Positions 1 to 10,744 of a stretch of DNA of 32,000 nucleotides are shown in pieces. This stretch comes from a cyanobacterium endosymbiont of Epithemia turgida isolate EtSB Lake Yunoko (GTDB taxonomy: Bacteria; Cyanobacteriota; Cyanobacteriia; Cyanobacteriales; Microcystaceae): positions 570,001 through 602,000 of the forward strand of contig NZ_AP012549.1 of the NCBI RefSeq assembly GCF_000829235.1, given 5' to 3'. Under the pieces are notes generated by a model. That model searched no databases. It saw only the letters and a list, made by a program, of their open reading frames with translations, and was not told the origin of the DNA. The position numbers and the translations under genes are program-made. The stretch's first letter is position 1; each line of letters begins with the position of its first letter.

Positions 1-2295
1 TAATTCCTCAGCAATATGGGGAGCAAACGGTGCAAGTAAAAGCAATAAGGTTTCTATTCCTTCTTGATATACTTCAGAATCTAAACATTTGCTTTCATTA
101 AGTGAATTACTTAACTTCATTAGTTCTGACACAGCAGTATTAAATTGATAGTCTCCTTTTAAGTCTTCGGATATTTCTTTAATTGCCGTATGGATTGTCC
201 GTCGTAAGTCCTTTTCAACTTTATTTAGTTTATTAGTTTTTTTGAGTGCTTTAGATCGATTATTTACATAGTTAGCAACTAACCGCCAAACTCGATTTAA
301 AAACCGAAATTGTCCTTCAACATCTGCATCATTCCATTCTAAATCTTTTTCTGGGGGCGCTTTAAATAGAATAAACATTCGCGCTGTATCTATTCCATAT
401 TTTTCGATCACTTTTTCTGGATTAACCCCATTATATTTAGACTTTGACATTTTTTCATAAAATACTTCTAATTTATCTCCTGTACTAGGGTCTTTAGGAT
501 ATTCAGGGTTTACTTGATCTGAGGGAATATATTTACCTGTTTTAGGATTTTTATAAGTTATTGCTTGTACCATTCCTTGAGTTAAAAGACGGTTAAAAGG
601 TTCATCTACATTAATTAACCCTCTATCTCGCAAAACTTTAGTAAAGAAACGAGAATATAAGAGATGTAAAATAGCATGTTCAATACCTCCTACATATTGA
701 TCAATAGCCATCCAATCATTAGCTTTCTTTAGGTTAAAAACTTCCTCTTTATTGTTTACATCGGTGTAGCGCAAATAGTACCAAGAAGAGTCAATAAAAG
801 TGTCCATGGTATCGGTTTCCCGCTTTGCCGCTTCTCCACAATTGGGACAAGCAACATTGATCCAACTTTCTAAATTGGCCAGAGTAGATGTACCTCGTCC
901 TGTAAATTTGATATTTTCTGGCAATTTTACTGGTAGATCTTCATCAGGAACCGCAACTACACCGCAACTGGGACAATGAATAACAGGAATAGGACATCCC
1001 CAATAACGCTGACGAGAAATCAACCAATCCCGCAAACGATACTGTACTTGGGCTTTGCCATAGCCTTCTTCTTCTGCATATTTAATAATTGCTGTTTTAG
1101 CTTCTATAGACTTCATTTTATTGAATTTACCCGAATTAACTACAATTCCAGGTTCTGTATATGCTTCTATTAAGATAGGGTTAGTATCCTTTGAGTTTTC
1201 GGGAATAATAACAACTTTAATAGGTAACTTCTTCTGGGTTGCAAACTCAAAGTCACGGATGTCATGTGCAGGAACTCCAATTACCGCACCTGTACCATAT
1301 TCATAGAGTACATAATCTGCAATTAAAATGGGTATTTCCTGACTATTAAAAGGGTTTATAGCAATTCCTCCGGTTAAAACCCCACGTTTTAGTTTGTACT
1401 TTGTAGTTCGTTCTATTTCACTTTCGTTAGCGACTATCTTCGTGAATAAGTCTACTGCTATTTTCTGTTCTTTTGTGGTAACTTTAGGAGTTAAAGGATG
1501 TTCTGGGGCTAAAACCAAGTAGGTTACACCATAGACAGTATCAGGACGAGTTGTAAAGACAGCTATCTTCTCTTGACTTCCTTTAACAGGAAATTCTAAA
1601 TATGCCCCCACAGACTTGCCAATCCAGTTTTCTTGCATCAATTTAACGCGCTCAGGCCATCCAGAGAGTTTGTCGAGATCGTTTAATAATTGTTCCGCAT
1701 AATTAGTAATTTTAAAGAACCACTGACGCAATTGTCTTCGTTCTACTTTAGCACCTGACCGCCAGGAACAACCTTCAATATCTACCTGTTCATTCGCTAA
1801 CACGGTTTGATCGATGGGGTCCCAATTAACCGTCGCCTCCTTCTGATAAGCTAACCCCACTTGATAAAATTGCAAAAACAGCCATTGTGTCCATTTATAA
1901 TACTCAGAAGAACAAGTGACTAGCTCCATATTCCAGTCGATAGATAGTCCCAAAGTTTGCAATTGTTGCTTCATTTGGGCAATGTTTTTGTATGTCCATT
2001 CTGCAGGGGAAATACCGTGATCAATGGCTGCATTTTCAGCTGGAAGTCCAAATGCATCCCACCCCATCGGGTGTAAGACACGATATCCTTGCAATCGCTT
2101 GAGACGGGCAATAACATCAGTTATAACATAGTTGCGAACATGACCCATGTGTAGGTTTCCCGAAGGGTAAGGAAACATAGATAATGCATAAAATTTGGGT
2201 TTATTGCTATTTTCTGGGGTTTTGTTTAAATCCCTTTCAACCCAGTATTGTTGCCATTTTTGTTCGATTGTTGTAGCCTTATATTGAGACTCCAC
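1..2295 (-). CDS. leuS: Leucyl-tRNA synthetase, N-terminal 765 codons (C-terminus lies beyond the left edge of the window)
   Basis: The minus-strand frame is open from GTG at 2293-2295, preceded by GGAGG (rc of 2302-2306). The translation reads [18 protein letters not shown]...[15 protein letters not shown] (class I HIGH motif)...[10 protein letters not shown] (KMSKS motif)...[12 protein letters not shown], with no stop before position 1. It is absent from the ORF track only because it runs off the edge. Confidence 0.95.
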   Translation of the reverse strand, partial: MESQYKATTIEQKWQQYWVERDLNKTPENSNKPKFYALSMFPYPSGNLHMGHVRNYVITDVIARLKRLQGYRVLHPMGWDAFGLPAENAAIDHGISPAEWTYKNIAQMKQQLQTLGLSIDWNMELVTCSSEYYKWTQWLFLQFYQVGLAYQKEATVNWDPIDQTVLANEQVDIEGCSWRSGAKVERRQLRQWFFKITNYAEQLLNDLDKLSGWPERVKLMQENWIGKSVGAYLEFPVKGSQEKIAVFTTRPDTVYGVTYLVLAPEHPLTPKVTTKEQKIAVDLFTKIVANESEIERTTKYKLKRGVLTGGIAINPFNSQEIPILIADYVLYEYGTGAVIGVPAHDIRDFEFATQKKLPIKVVIIPENSKDTNPILIEAYTEPGIVVNSGKFNKMKSIEAKTAIIKYAEEEGYGKAQVQYRLRDWLISRQRYWGCPIPVIHCPSCGVVAVPDEDLPVKLPENIKFTGRGTSTLANLESWINVACPNCGEAAKRETDTMDTFIDSSWYYLRYTDVNNKEEVFNLKKANDWMAIDQYVGGIEHAILHLLYSRFFTKVLRDRGLINVDEPFNRLLTQGMVQAITYKNPKTGKYIPSDQVNPEYPKDPSTGDKLEVFYEKMSKSKYNGVNPEKVIEKYGIDTARMFILFKAPPEKDLEWNDADVEGQFRFLNRVWRLVANYVNNRSKALKKTNKLNKVEKDLRRTIHTAIKEISEDLKGDYQFNTAVSELMKLSNSLNESKCLDSEVYQEGIETLLLLLAPFAPHIAEEL

Positions 2296-2913
2296 GAATG
2301 TTCCTCCACCGTTAACATTTTCCCATAATCAATTATCCATGATTGTCGGAGGAAGTTCAGAAATTTTTATCCGTTGTTGTCGGGATAGGATAAGCAAGTA
2401 AGAATTCCTGTTATTCCAGATGTTTGTTCATCTATTTGATCGCAATGTCAATAAAAATCTAATTGTATTTCTTAATAGTTAAGACATTGAACAGGTTAAT
2501 CATCCTAACAGTTTATATAATCTATTCTGTCTATTTGCGATTCCGTTCTGTCTTCATACTATTTTTGTTTAAATAAAACAAAATCATTGATTAATGCTTT
2601 AATGGTGCGAACACTATGCTCAATTATTTTTTGAAATCATTATCAGACATAAGTTAATTTCCAATGTAATACATTCTTATTTTATTTATTTGGAGGAATT
2701 TACAAGGTGGGAAAGTGATACCATAATTATTTTTCATTATGTTACTCTAAAATTTAAAGGTTAAGATAATGAAATTAGTAAAATTGGATAACTAAGTGTA
2801 TTAAACTTTAAAGATAAAAAATGATTATTTGTGGCTTAGTTTAGTTTTTATGTATCTTTAAAATAGGCATTATTCTTTTTATATCTTAATCATAATTTAT
2901 ATTTTTAAAATCA

Positions 2914-2969
2914 CGTAAATATAATATTTTTGTTAGAATAAGAATTGAAACAAAAATATTATATTTACG
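2914..2969. repeat. Perfect 21-bp inverted repeat (hairpin with a 14-nt loop) in the leuS-rpmI spacer
   Basis: cgtaaatataatatttttgtt (2914-2934) is the exact reverse complement of aacaaaaatattatatttacg (2949-2969). Confidence 0.85.
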
Positions 2970-3443
2970 GTATGCTCAACATATGAATAAAAGTTAAAAG
3001 CTAAGAACAGATTAAACCTGAACAGATATTGAAATAAATGGTTTGATAAATATTACTGTCTAAATTAGATAATAGTTATAAACTAAAATATATCAGTAAA
3101 AAACGAGAATATTATAGTTGTTTATCCCAATTTTAAAGTTTTTAAATTTAACTTAATACTTGTCCAGATTCATGATTGGCCGAGAATAATTAGAAACTAG
3201 AAAAATGATGTTTATATATAAATAAACTATAAGATATCTACTTGTAACTTTATTTCTGTAAGTATCAACAATTCTTAACCTAAGACTCTGCTTGTTATCC
3301 TGAGCCAGGTTTTCATAATTTTCCATTATTTTCGAATTAGTCTTAATTCTCTGATTTATACAACATTATAACTCAACTCATTCTTGTACAATTCTATGAA
3401 ACTATGGTAGAGTGAGGAGTTGTTCTGAATTTATTCTAAGTTC

Positions 3444-3647
3444 ATGCCTAAACTAAAAACTCGCAAAGCTGCGGCTAAGCGTTTTCGTCCAACTGGAAGT
3501 GGTAAAAAGATTTTTCGTCGCAAAGCTTTTAAAAATCACCTATTACAACATAAAAGTTCGGAGCGCAAGTATCGTCGCCTATCCCAACTGTCTTTAGTCA
3601 GCGAACAGGATGAACCAAATGTACGTCTGATGCTCCCTTATATTTAG
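3444..3647 (+). CDS. rpmI: 50S ribosomal protein L35
   Basis: 67-aa basic ORF starting [14 protein letters not shown], lying immediately upstream of rplT. Confidence 0.95.
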   Translation: MPKLKTRKAAAKRFRPTGSGKKIFRRKAFKNHLLQHKSSERKYRRLSQLSLVSEQDEPNVRLMLPYI

Positions 3648-3723
3648 GGAAAGATGTAAGAATATAATCACTGAAACCTAACTCACACGACAAACGTTTA
3701 AAAAATCAAGTAGAGAGTTATTT

Positions 3724-4077
3724 ATGACAAGGGTAAAACGGGGCAATGTTGCTCGCAAGCGCCGTAAGAAAATTCTCAAATTAGCCAAAGGGTTTAGAGG
3801 ATCTCACTCTAATCTATTCCGTATTGCAAATCAACAGGTAATGAAGGCTTTGCGGAATGCTTACCGTGATCGCCGGAAACGGAAACGGGACTTTCGGCGT
3901 CTGTGGATCACTCGGATTAATGCTGCGGCACGGATGCACGGGGTAAGTTATAGTCAACTTACTGGACAACTAAAAAAAGCCAATATTGAACTTAACCGTA
4001 AGATGTTAGCACAATTAGCAATCACAGATCCCCAAGCGTTTGAAAAAGTAGTTGAAATGGCCAAAACAGCTAAATGA
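3724..4077 (+). CDS. rplT: 50S ribosomal protein L20
   Basis: 117-aa ORF starting [26 protein letters not shown], in the typical rpmI-rplT arrangement. Confidence 0.95.
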   Translation: MTRVKRGNVARKRRKKILKLAKGFRGSHSNLFRIANQQVMKALRNAYRDRRKRKRDFRRLWITRINAAARMHGVSYSQLTGQLKKANIELNRKMLAQLAITDPQAFEKVVEMAKTAK

Positions 4078-4211
4078 TTACAGTCGAGTCAACAGCGGAG
4101 AATTCAGTTAATTGAGAAAACTTCGCTGCAATTCATCAGTCAATCAATAAGGTCAGACATTAGAAGTAAAACTTTTATTGGACAATAACAAAGGTGGTAT
4201 GTAGGATAACT

Positions 4212-4641
4212 ATGAGTAAACCCCAAAAATTATTGTCCTTGATCATGACCCCACAGGTTCTCAAACAGTGCATAATTGTTTGCTGCTGATGCATCCTGAT
4301 ATCGATACCCTGCGGTTGGGTTTAACAGATAAAGTTCCCCTTTTCTTTGTTCTCACCAATACGAAAGCATTAACTCCAGAAGATGCTGCTACTCTTACAA
4401 AAAAAGTTTGTCACAATAATTAGCTGTTGAAGCAGAAGAAGTTGAAGATTTCCTAGTGGTTAGTAGATTTAATTCGACACTACGGGGACATTATCCCATC
4501 GAAATCGATGTCATTACCCAGAAATTAGGTGGATTTGATGCTCATTTTCTGGTTACTGCTTTTTTTGAAGGGGAAAGAGTAACCCGTGATAGTATTCATT
4601 ATCTACACATGAACGGCGTCTCTATCCCTGTTCATGTGTAG
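4212..4641 (+). pseudogene. Truncated, frameshifted remnant of a four-carbon acid sugar kinase-like (DUF1537-type) gene
   Basis: Homology is spread over shifted frames: KIIVLDHDPTGSQTVHNCLLL, PLFFVLTNTKALTPEDA, VSRFNSTLRGHYPIEIDVITQKLGGFDAHFLV..FFEGERVTRDSIHYL. It contains in-frame stops. Only about 430 nt remain before it abuts the convergent pseudogene. The family assignment is from memory. Confidence 0.5.
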
Positions 4642-4644
4642 ATA

Positions 4645-6356
4645 ATTTGCAAAAGATTATGTTTTTGGCTATCACCACAGTTATCTTCCTGACTATCCTC
4701 CATTCTTAACCTGACAGTATTTCCACGTTAACTCTGCTTCGTCGATGCCTTGTTCCGTAGAATGGGCTTTATCTAGATTTATTTTCCCACCAATAGTTCA
4801 TTCTTACCCCCAATGCCCAAGCACGACGTACCACAGAGGACAAACGGCTATCACTTCGTCCAACAACATCCTCTATAGCAGAGATACGAATATCAGTGCA
4901 ATTAACTTTAACTCCTCGAACTTTATGGAACACTTCTCTTAATAATTCCTGTTTACGAAGAAATTCACCGGTAGATACCTAAATTGAAAGGGGGTGGGGG
5001 GTTTAAGAGTCAAGTTAGAAATTATTAAGGTAAGTTAGAGTGACCCTTTACCCTTGAGACGACATTCTCGTTTTAATCAGCACACAGTTTCTACAATGTC
5101 AAGCATATCAAGCTCCATTTCCTCTGGCAAGCCAATCATAAAATAGAGCTTAATTTGATCCCATCCTTGCTCAACAGCAGTTTTGATACCCCTAAGTAGT
5201 TTTTCCTTCGTCGGTTCACCCTTTATTAATCACATCCCGCAGCCTTTGGTTTCCTGGCTTGAAGGCAAAGGTAACCCTGAATAATGAAATTCCTACAATG
5301 ATCTCGACGATATTTTTGTCAAAACAATCAACCCGTTGACTAGGTAAGGACAAGGAAATATTTTTCTCTTTAAGACGGGTTTTTATTTTTAATCCTACTT
5401 ATTGGAGAGAAAGGTAGTCGGAACAGCTTAACGAAAGTAGGGAAAATTCGTTATGGACTGTCTGACGAATCCCTTCTTCAAGGCTATTAATGATTTGTTC
5501 AGGTTCTACACTCGTGCTGGACGGGTCAACATTACTAGTTTGCAGAAACGACAGCCACGGGTGCATCCTCGACATACTTACTAATATTAGGCGGCGATTA
5601 TGTATGGTTTCTATGAAGGGGATTAACCCAATTGAGTAAGCAGGAAGAGAGGTCTCTACTCTTCGTATAATTTTTATAGGGACTTCGGGACGGTTAGAAA
5701 CGACTGAACTATCTTCAGCAGGGAGATCATAGAAACGAGGGACGTAAACTCCTGGAATTTGGGCTAAATATTAAGAGTAAGTCTTCTTTACTCAAGTTGT
5801 TAGTTTTGCCCTCTTCGATCACTAAGCCAATTTCTGGAAGTAATTCTTCCCCATCTCCTAAAGCGATAAAATCGAAAAAGTTGGTAAAAGGTTTTGGGTT
5901 AGAGGTTACAGTTTATCCTCCTGCAAAAACCAAAAGATAACCTCCCTGGTTGCGTTCTTGCCAGATTAGAGGAATTTGAGCTAAATTAAGCATTTCTAGA
6001 ACATTAGTTACCCCTAGCTCATAGCTGAGGTTAAAGCCCAAGACATCAAACTCAGTGAGGGAACGACGAGATTCCAGGGTAAATAGAGGAGTTTTGGTGT
6101 CTCGTAGTCTAGTGGCTAAATCTGGAGCGGGGAGGTAAGCGCGGTCGCATAGTTGTCTGGGTTGAACCTTTAGGATATTGTAGAGGATAATATGACCTCA
6201 ACTAGAAGCTCCAAGTTTTCAAATTTCTAGATAGGTAAGAACCCAATACAGATCCTTCTTATTCCAAGGTTTATGCTTAGGTATCAATTCATTGCCTAAG
6301 TAACGGGCAGGTTTGTTGATCTCAAGGGTAATCAGTTTTTCTGTTGCAACTGTCAT
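4645..6356 (-). pseudogene. Heavily degraded radical SAM protein (TIGR03960-like, B12-binding/radical SAM family)
   Basis: ATG at 6354-6356 with GGAGG upstream. Readable pieces are MTVATEKLITLEINKPARYLGNE, CDRAYLPAPDLATRLRDTKTPLFTLESRRSLTEFDVLGFNLSYELGVTNVLEML, FIALGDGEELLPEIG, RGCTRGCRFC (the CxxxCxxC cluster, now out of frame), LKPPTPFQF and DIRISAIEDVVGRSDSRLSSVVRRAWALG. These are separated by many frameshifts and stop codons. Confidence 0.7.
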
Positions 6357-6444
6357 AATAAAACCTCCGGAACTTAGACTTCAGGATAAAACCCTGTAGC
6401 TTTTCTAAATGTATACCGGAAGTTTTGGGAGATGAGATACAAGT

Positions 6445-6804
6445 TTAGGCGGCTATAGTGTTGGGCATTAACAATTCAAACTGACGACGATTCTCAAAAA
6501 TTTCTAGGGCTTTATCTAACTGGGTTAGCTCAAAGACTATACGCACCGAGGGTTCTAAAGAACATACACTGAACCGCTTGCCCAAACTTTCAGCTAAAGA
6601 ATAGACATACACTAATGCCATTAATCCTGCACTGTCAAGAAACCCCACACTGTGCATATCGATCAAAAAGGTAGAATGCTTGGAAGAAATTATCGCTTGA
6701 GTTAGTTCCTGTTGAAAACTAGCTGCATTGGCAGCTGTAATGTAGCCACTGGGCTCAAGGATAGCTAGTTCGTGATCAATAAAATTACTCCTCATCATTG
6801 CCAT
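6445..6804 (-). CDS. STAS-domain protein (anti-sigma-factor antagonist family)
   Basis: Intact 119-aa ORF with the typical STAS layout, including FLIDMHSVGFLDSAGLMAL and FSVCSLEPSVRIVFELTQLDKALEIF. Confidence 0.85.
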   Translation of the reverse strand: MAMMRSNFIDHELAILEPSGYITAANAASFQQELTQAIISSKHSTFLIDMHSVGFLDSAGLMALVYVYSLAESLGKRFSVCSLEPSVRIVFELTQLDKALEIFENRRQFELLMPNTIAA

Positions 6805-9687
6805 GTATCCTCTGTTTAAAGCAGTTTCCGTGATTAATGTGTACTCAAATTATAACCAGTTATCTTGGAAAAATAGTTAATCGAAATCAGCTAAGTAGCT
6901 GTAACTTAACTTTAGAGAGTTAGCTAACATCAATGTCTAGTGTTATGGTTTGGTTATTCCTGGTTAAGGAGAAAATTAGTTTCCTTGACATTGGAAATTT
7001 TAACCAAATTCTAGTTAGCTTTAGTTACTTTTCAGTAGACATAGATTTTTCGAATTGTTTTGAGTCAAACTCCCGATTTGGAATCTTAAACTAGTACACA
7101 GTTAAAATTCTATAGACAAAAAGTTAAGAATTCTACTAAGGTTAGTTAAATCTGAACCACTTAGACTAGTCGATGACCTCAGTATAAGTCCGAAACAACG
7201 AGCTATTTATGATATACCTGCTCTGTATCTTGCGCCTTGTTCGTCATTATCAAGAGATGACAACTCGATAAATTTTACATTGCCTTAACCTAATTTCTAA
7301 TAAAATTCAAATTTTCATTGAGAAATGAACAAAAACGAAAATTAAGGTTATATAAAGTTGTACAAACCTCTTCATTGTTAATTTAGACTTCATAATGTGA
7401 TGACAATGGTAACTAAAATCTATAGGGAAACTGTTGATAACGGCAAATATTGCTGTGGATACCATAGCTATTCGTTTTCTTGACTGGTATCGCGATCATT
7501 TTAATATATAATTTGGACTACAAAACAACTTATAATTCTTGATATTATTTAAGGAAATAGACTTGTGTTAGTCGATACATACCACACTAGATTCAGTCAA
7601 CTTTTACTCGATACGTTAACGGAGATTGCTTTGACTACTATTGCTTGTCCAACCATACAAAGCCTTATCCTAGTGGGTTAGTCAGAGAAATCTTAGAGTC
7701 AACCATAAAAATTACTGTTGTTAGTTCTTAAGCAGCGATCAAATCTCTCAAAGAATTTGTCCATCAACCAAAAGTATACTTGTCAAAGATGGAGAAACTA
7801 TAAACTTAGAAAAAAGTCATTCCTTAGCATTAGTAAATTCACTTAGTTTTACTGGGTTTTATACCATTCAAATTTATGATTGCCAAACTCAAACTCTATA
7901 AATTTTAAACCTACTAATGCAATAAATATTATAAAATTAAATTTTAATAATAAATAAAAAATGCTTGAACTTAATTAATGAATATTTTACTAAAGATACA
8001 GGGATATTTTAAAAAAAATTACTAATAAGAATATAGCAATCTTATTCATTAGAATACTAATAATTTTCTTACCTTTTGAGAAAAGCAATTTTATTGATTA
8101 CCAACTGTTTTTGTATCTGATTTTTTTTATTAATAATTTATAATTTAAATTATTAAGTATTGTTTCTCTTTATTGTTCCCTCGTGTCATTAATTTTATCT
8201 TAAATATTAATATTTATATTAATATTTAAGATATTTTGTATCTGAATTTTTTTGTTAGCTATTCTTTTATTTTTGAAAAAGCTTAATTATTATATAAATA
8301 TCTTTTCATATTTATGAAATTTAATCTAATGAATATTAGTTTTAAGACATGCAGGTTTTTTGTAAAAAATTATTAATCGTTGTTTTTATATATTTAACTG
8401 GTAGTTAACCTACAATAAATATAAGCTTTTGGTGGTATATTCTTTTATTAATTTGGACTATCTGTATTTTGTTTTAAAAATATTGATTTAAACGATACAA
8501 ATTAAATATTTTTTAAATAAAATCTATTTATCGCTGTCTGCTTAAAAAATAAAATATTTATGTAATAAAAGCTAGGATAAAATAATAGTAGTACTCGTAA
8601 ATAATGTTCTAAATTATTAAATGATATCTAGCGTATTAGAAACTTTTAAAAAGAATATAGTATCAAGATGATTACCAATACATTTTTTAAAAACCTTAGG
8701 TAAATATGCCAGACTATAAAAAAAATTTAATCTATAATTAGAAGCAATAAGATAAGTACAATACTCTTTATATTCATCTTGATAGTAATGTTAAATAAGT
8801 GGGACTAACTCAGCTATTAATTAGTGTCTTAACTTAAAAAAGTAAGTTGGCTCCAAGCTAAGCTTTGACTTCTACTAAATCTACATAGAGATATTAAAAA
8901 ATCTTCTTTTTTATAACTAACTTCAATCATATACTTGCTATTAAGTTGATGGACTTAATAACATTAGCAATTATACAGTTTTCTTATTAAGACTAAGTTT
9001 AATGTTTTCTTTAATCAAATCCAGAATAGTCTTAAGTAATTTTTATAAAAAATTCTAGTAGACTTAAATATTTAATTTTTTAAAAAATTAACAGTATTTA
9101 TTTATAAAAAAATATATAAGTTAAAGTCTTTTTATTTATACTAAATATGCTACGTAAAACTCACATTTGAAGAGAATGTAATAGAGAACAGATCTTAACT
9201 TTCCACTTGTTTGTATAAAAAACAATAATTTCACTTTCCTTGTCTTAAAAAGCAAGAATTATCCCTAGCTCTTGAAAATACCTAAAAATAGTCATATCCT
9301 TTCAAATAAAACTAGATAAGTTTTGTCTTTCATTAACTGAAACTTGTCCTATGTCTAAAAATCTGATGTATTTTATTCTATATAATATTTAGTATCCTTC
9401 TGCTATTTGAGTTAAAAATAAAAGTAGCACTTCTCCTAATTTAGAGACTTATACTAAATAGTTTACATTTAAGGATAATATTGGTAAGTAAATAATATAT
9501 CTTGAATATATACATATATTTTTGTTAAATATTGAGGAGTTCAAATCTTTAATATCCGATATTTTTTTAGGTTTCTGTTTTGACTGTTTTCTGTTTTTTG
9601 TTCAATAGTTTATAACTGATAAGTTTACTAACTTTATTTAAGTATAATTATTTTTATCTTTTATAATAAACGAAAATAAAATAATCA
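6805..9687. other. 2.9-kb tract without any ORF of 60 aa or more; the distal part (about 7900-9680) is extremely AT-rich. Presumed fully decayed former genes.
   Basis: The six-frame track is empty here. For example, the line 8101-8160 contains only 8 G/C in 60 nt. I could not recognise any protein motif. Confidence 0.7.
8197..8232. repeat. 36-bp near-perfect palindrome (17-bp arms, 2-nt spacer)
   Basis: atcttaaatattaatat (8197-8213) / tt / atattaatatttaagat (8216-8232). The 12-mer ttttgtatctga followed by a T-run occurs on both sides, at 8109-8120 and 8234-8245. Confidence 0.8.
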
Positions 9688-10668
9688 TTAATCATGATAT
9701 TTATAAAAGTCTTGATACCATGCAACAAATTGTTGAAGACCTTGGGTAATTTTAGTCATTGGTCTGAACCCGATATCGTTGACTAATTCGTCTATATCAG
9801 CATAAGTCGATACAACATCTCCAGGTTGCATAGGTAAGAAGTTTTTTACGGCTTTCATATTTAAGGCTGTTTCAATTGCCTCAATAAATTCTTTTAATTC
9901 TACTGGGTTATTATTTCCAAGATTATAAATTTTATATGGTGGTTGATTAATAGTATTTAAGGGAGACTTAGGGATAATCCTTACCATAGCTTCAATAACA
10001 TCATCAATGTAGGTAAAATCACGTTTCATCCTACCATAATTATAAACGTCAATAGGTTTTTTTTCTGTGATCTCTCGAACAAATTTAAAATATGCCATAT
10101 CCGGTCTTCCCCAAGGACCATACACAGTAAAAAAGCGCAATCCAGTAATAGGAATTTGATATAAATGACTGTAGGTATAAGCCATTAATTCATTCGCTTT
10201 TTTAGTAGCTGCATAAAGAGAAACTGGTCTATCTACATTATCAGTAACAGAAAAAGGAACCTTTTTGTTAGAACCATAAACTGAACTAGAAGAAGCAAAA
10301 ACTAAGTGATTAATATAGTTGTGACGACAGCCTTCTAAAAGATTAGCAAATCCTACTAAGTTACTATCAATATAAGCTTCAGGGTTTTCCAGGGAATAAC
10401 GAACTCCAGCCTGGGCAGCTAGATGAATAACATATTCAAAAGAATATTCTTGAAATAGATCTATAACCAAAGATCGATGGCTAACATCTAAACAGTTAAA
10501 TTCAAAATTATTTTGGCATAATAATTGCTCTAGACGAGCCTGCTTAAGGGTAACATCATAATAGTTATTGAGATTGTCAATTCCATATATTTGGTATCCT
10601 TCTACTAATAATCGTTGTGCTAAATGATATCCAATAAAGCCAGCTACGCCTGTAATTAAAATTTTCAT
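9688..10668 (-). CDS. NAD-dependent nucleotide-sugar epimerase (extended SDR, UDP-glucuronate 4-epimerase-like)
   Basis: Intact 326-aa ORF with the N-terminal Rossmann motif ITGVAGFIGYHL and the catalytic YAATK (YxxxK) motif. Confidence 0.9.
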   Translation of the reverse strand: MKILITGVAGFIGYHLAQRLLVEGYQIYGIDNLNNYYDVTLKQARLEQLLCQNNFEFNCLDVSHRSLVIDLFQEYSFEYVIHLAAQAGVRYSLENPEAYIDSNLVGFANLLEGCRHNYINHLVFASSSSVYGSNKKVPFSVTDNVDRPVSLYAATKKANELMAYTYSHLYQIPITGLRFFTVYGPWGRPDMAYFKFVREITEKKPIDVYNYGRMKRDFTYIDDVIEAMVRIIPKSPLNTINQPPYKIYNLGNNNPVELKEFIEAIETALNMKAVKNFLPMQPGDVVSTYADIDELVNDIGFRPMTKITQGLQQFVAWYQDFYKYHD

Positions 10669-10744
10669 TTTTATTTATTAAAGGTTTTAATTAAAAATTA
10701 AATCATCAATGAATCATGGATTTTATTAAGTTTTTATTTAAGGA

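Noticed and set aside
976-1306. Plus-strand ORFs 976-1173 and 1121-1306.
   Set aside because: They are antisense to the continuous leuS frame and have no recognisable motifs.
4090-4135. A possible terminator after rplT (cagcggag ... cttcgctg).
   Set aside because: The 8-bp stem includes a G.U pair, has a 20-nt loop and has no following T-run. This is too weak to call.
4456-4942. ORFs 4456-4641(+) and 4745-4942(+) as independent genes.
   Set aside because: The first is a fragment of the kinase-like pseudogene. The second is antisense to the C-terminal part of the radical-SAM pseudogene.
6805-9687. AT-rich islands as horizontally acquired DNA or a prophage.
   Set aside because: They contain no ORFs at all: no integrase, no tRNA-flanked att-like repeats and no phage or mobile genes. 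Decay of resident genes is the simpler explanation.
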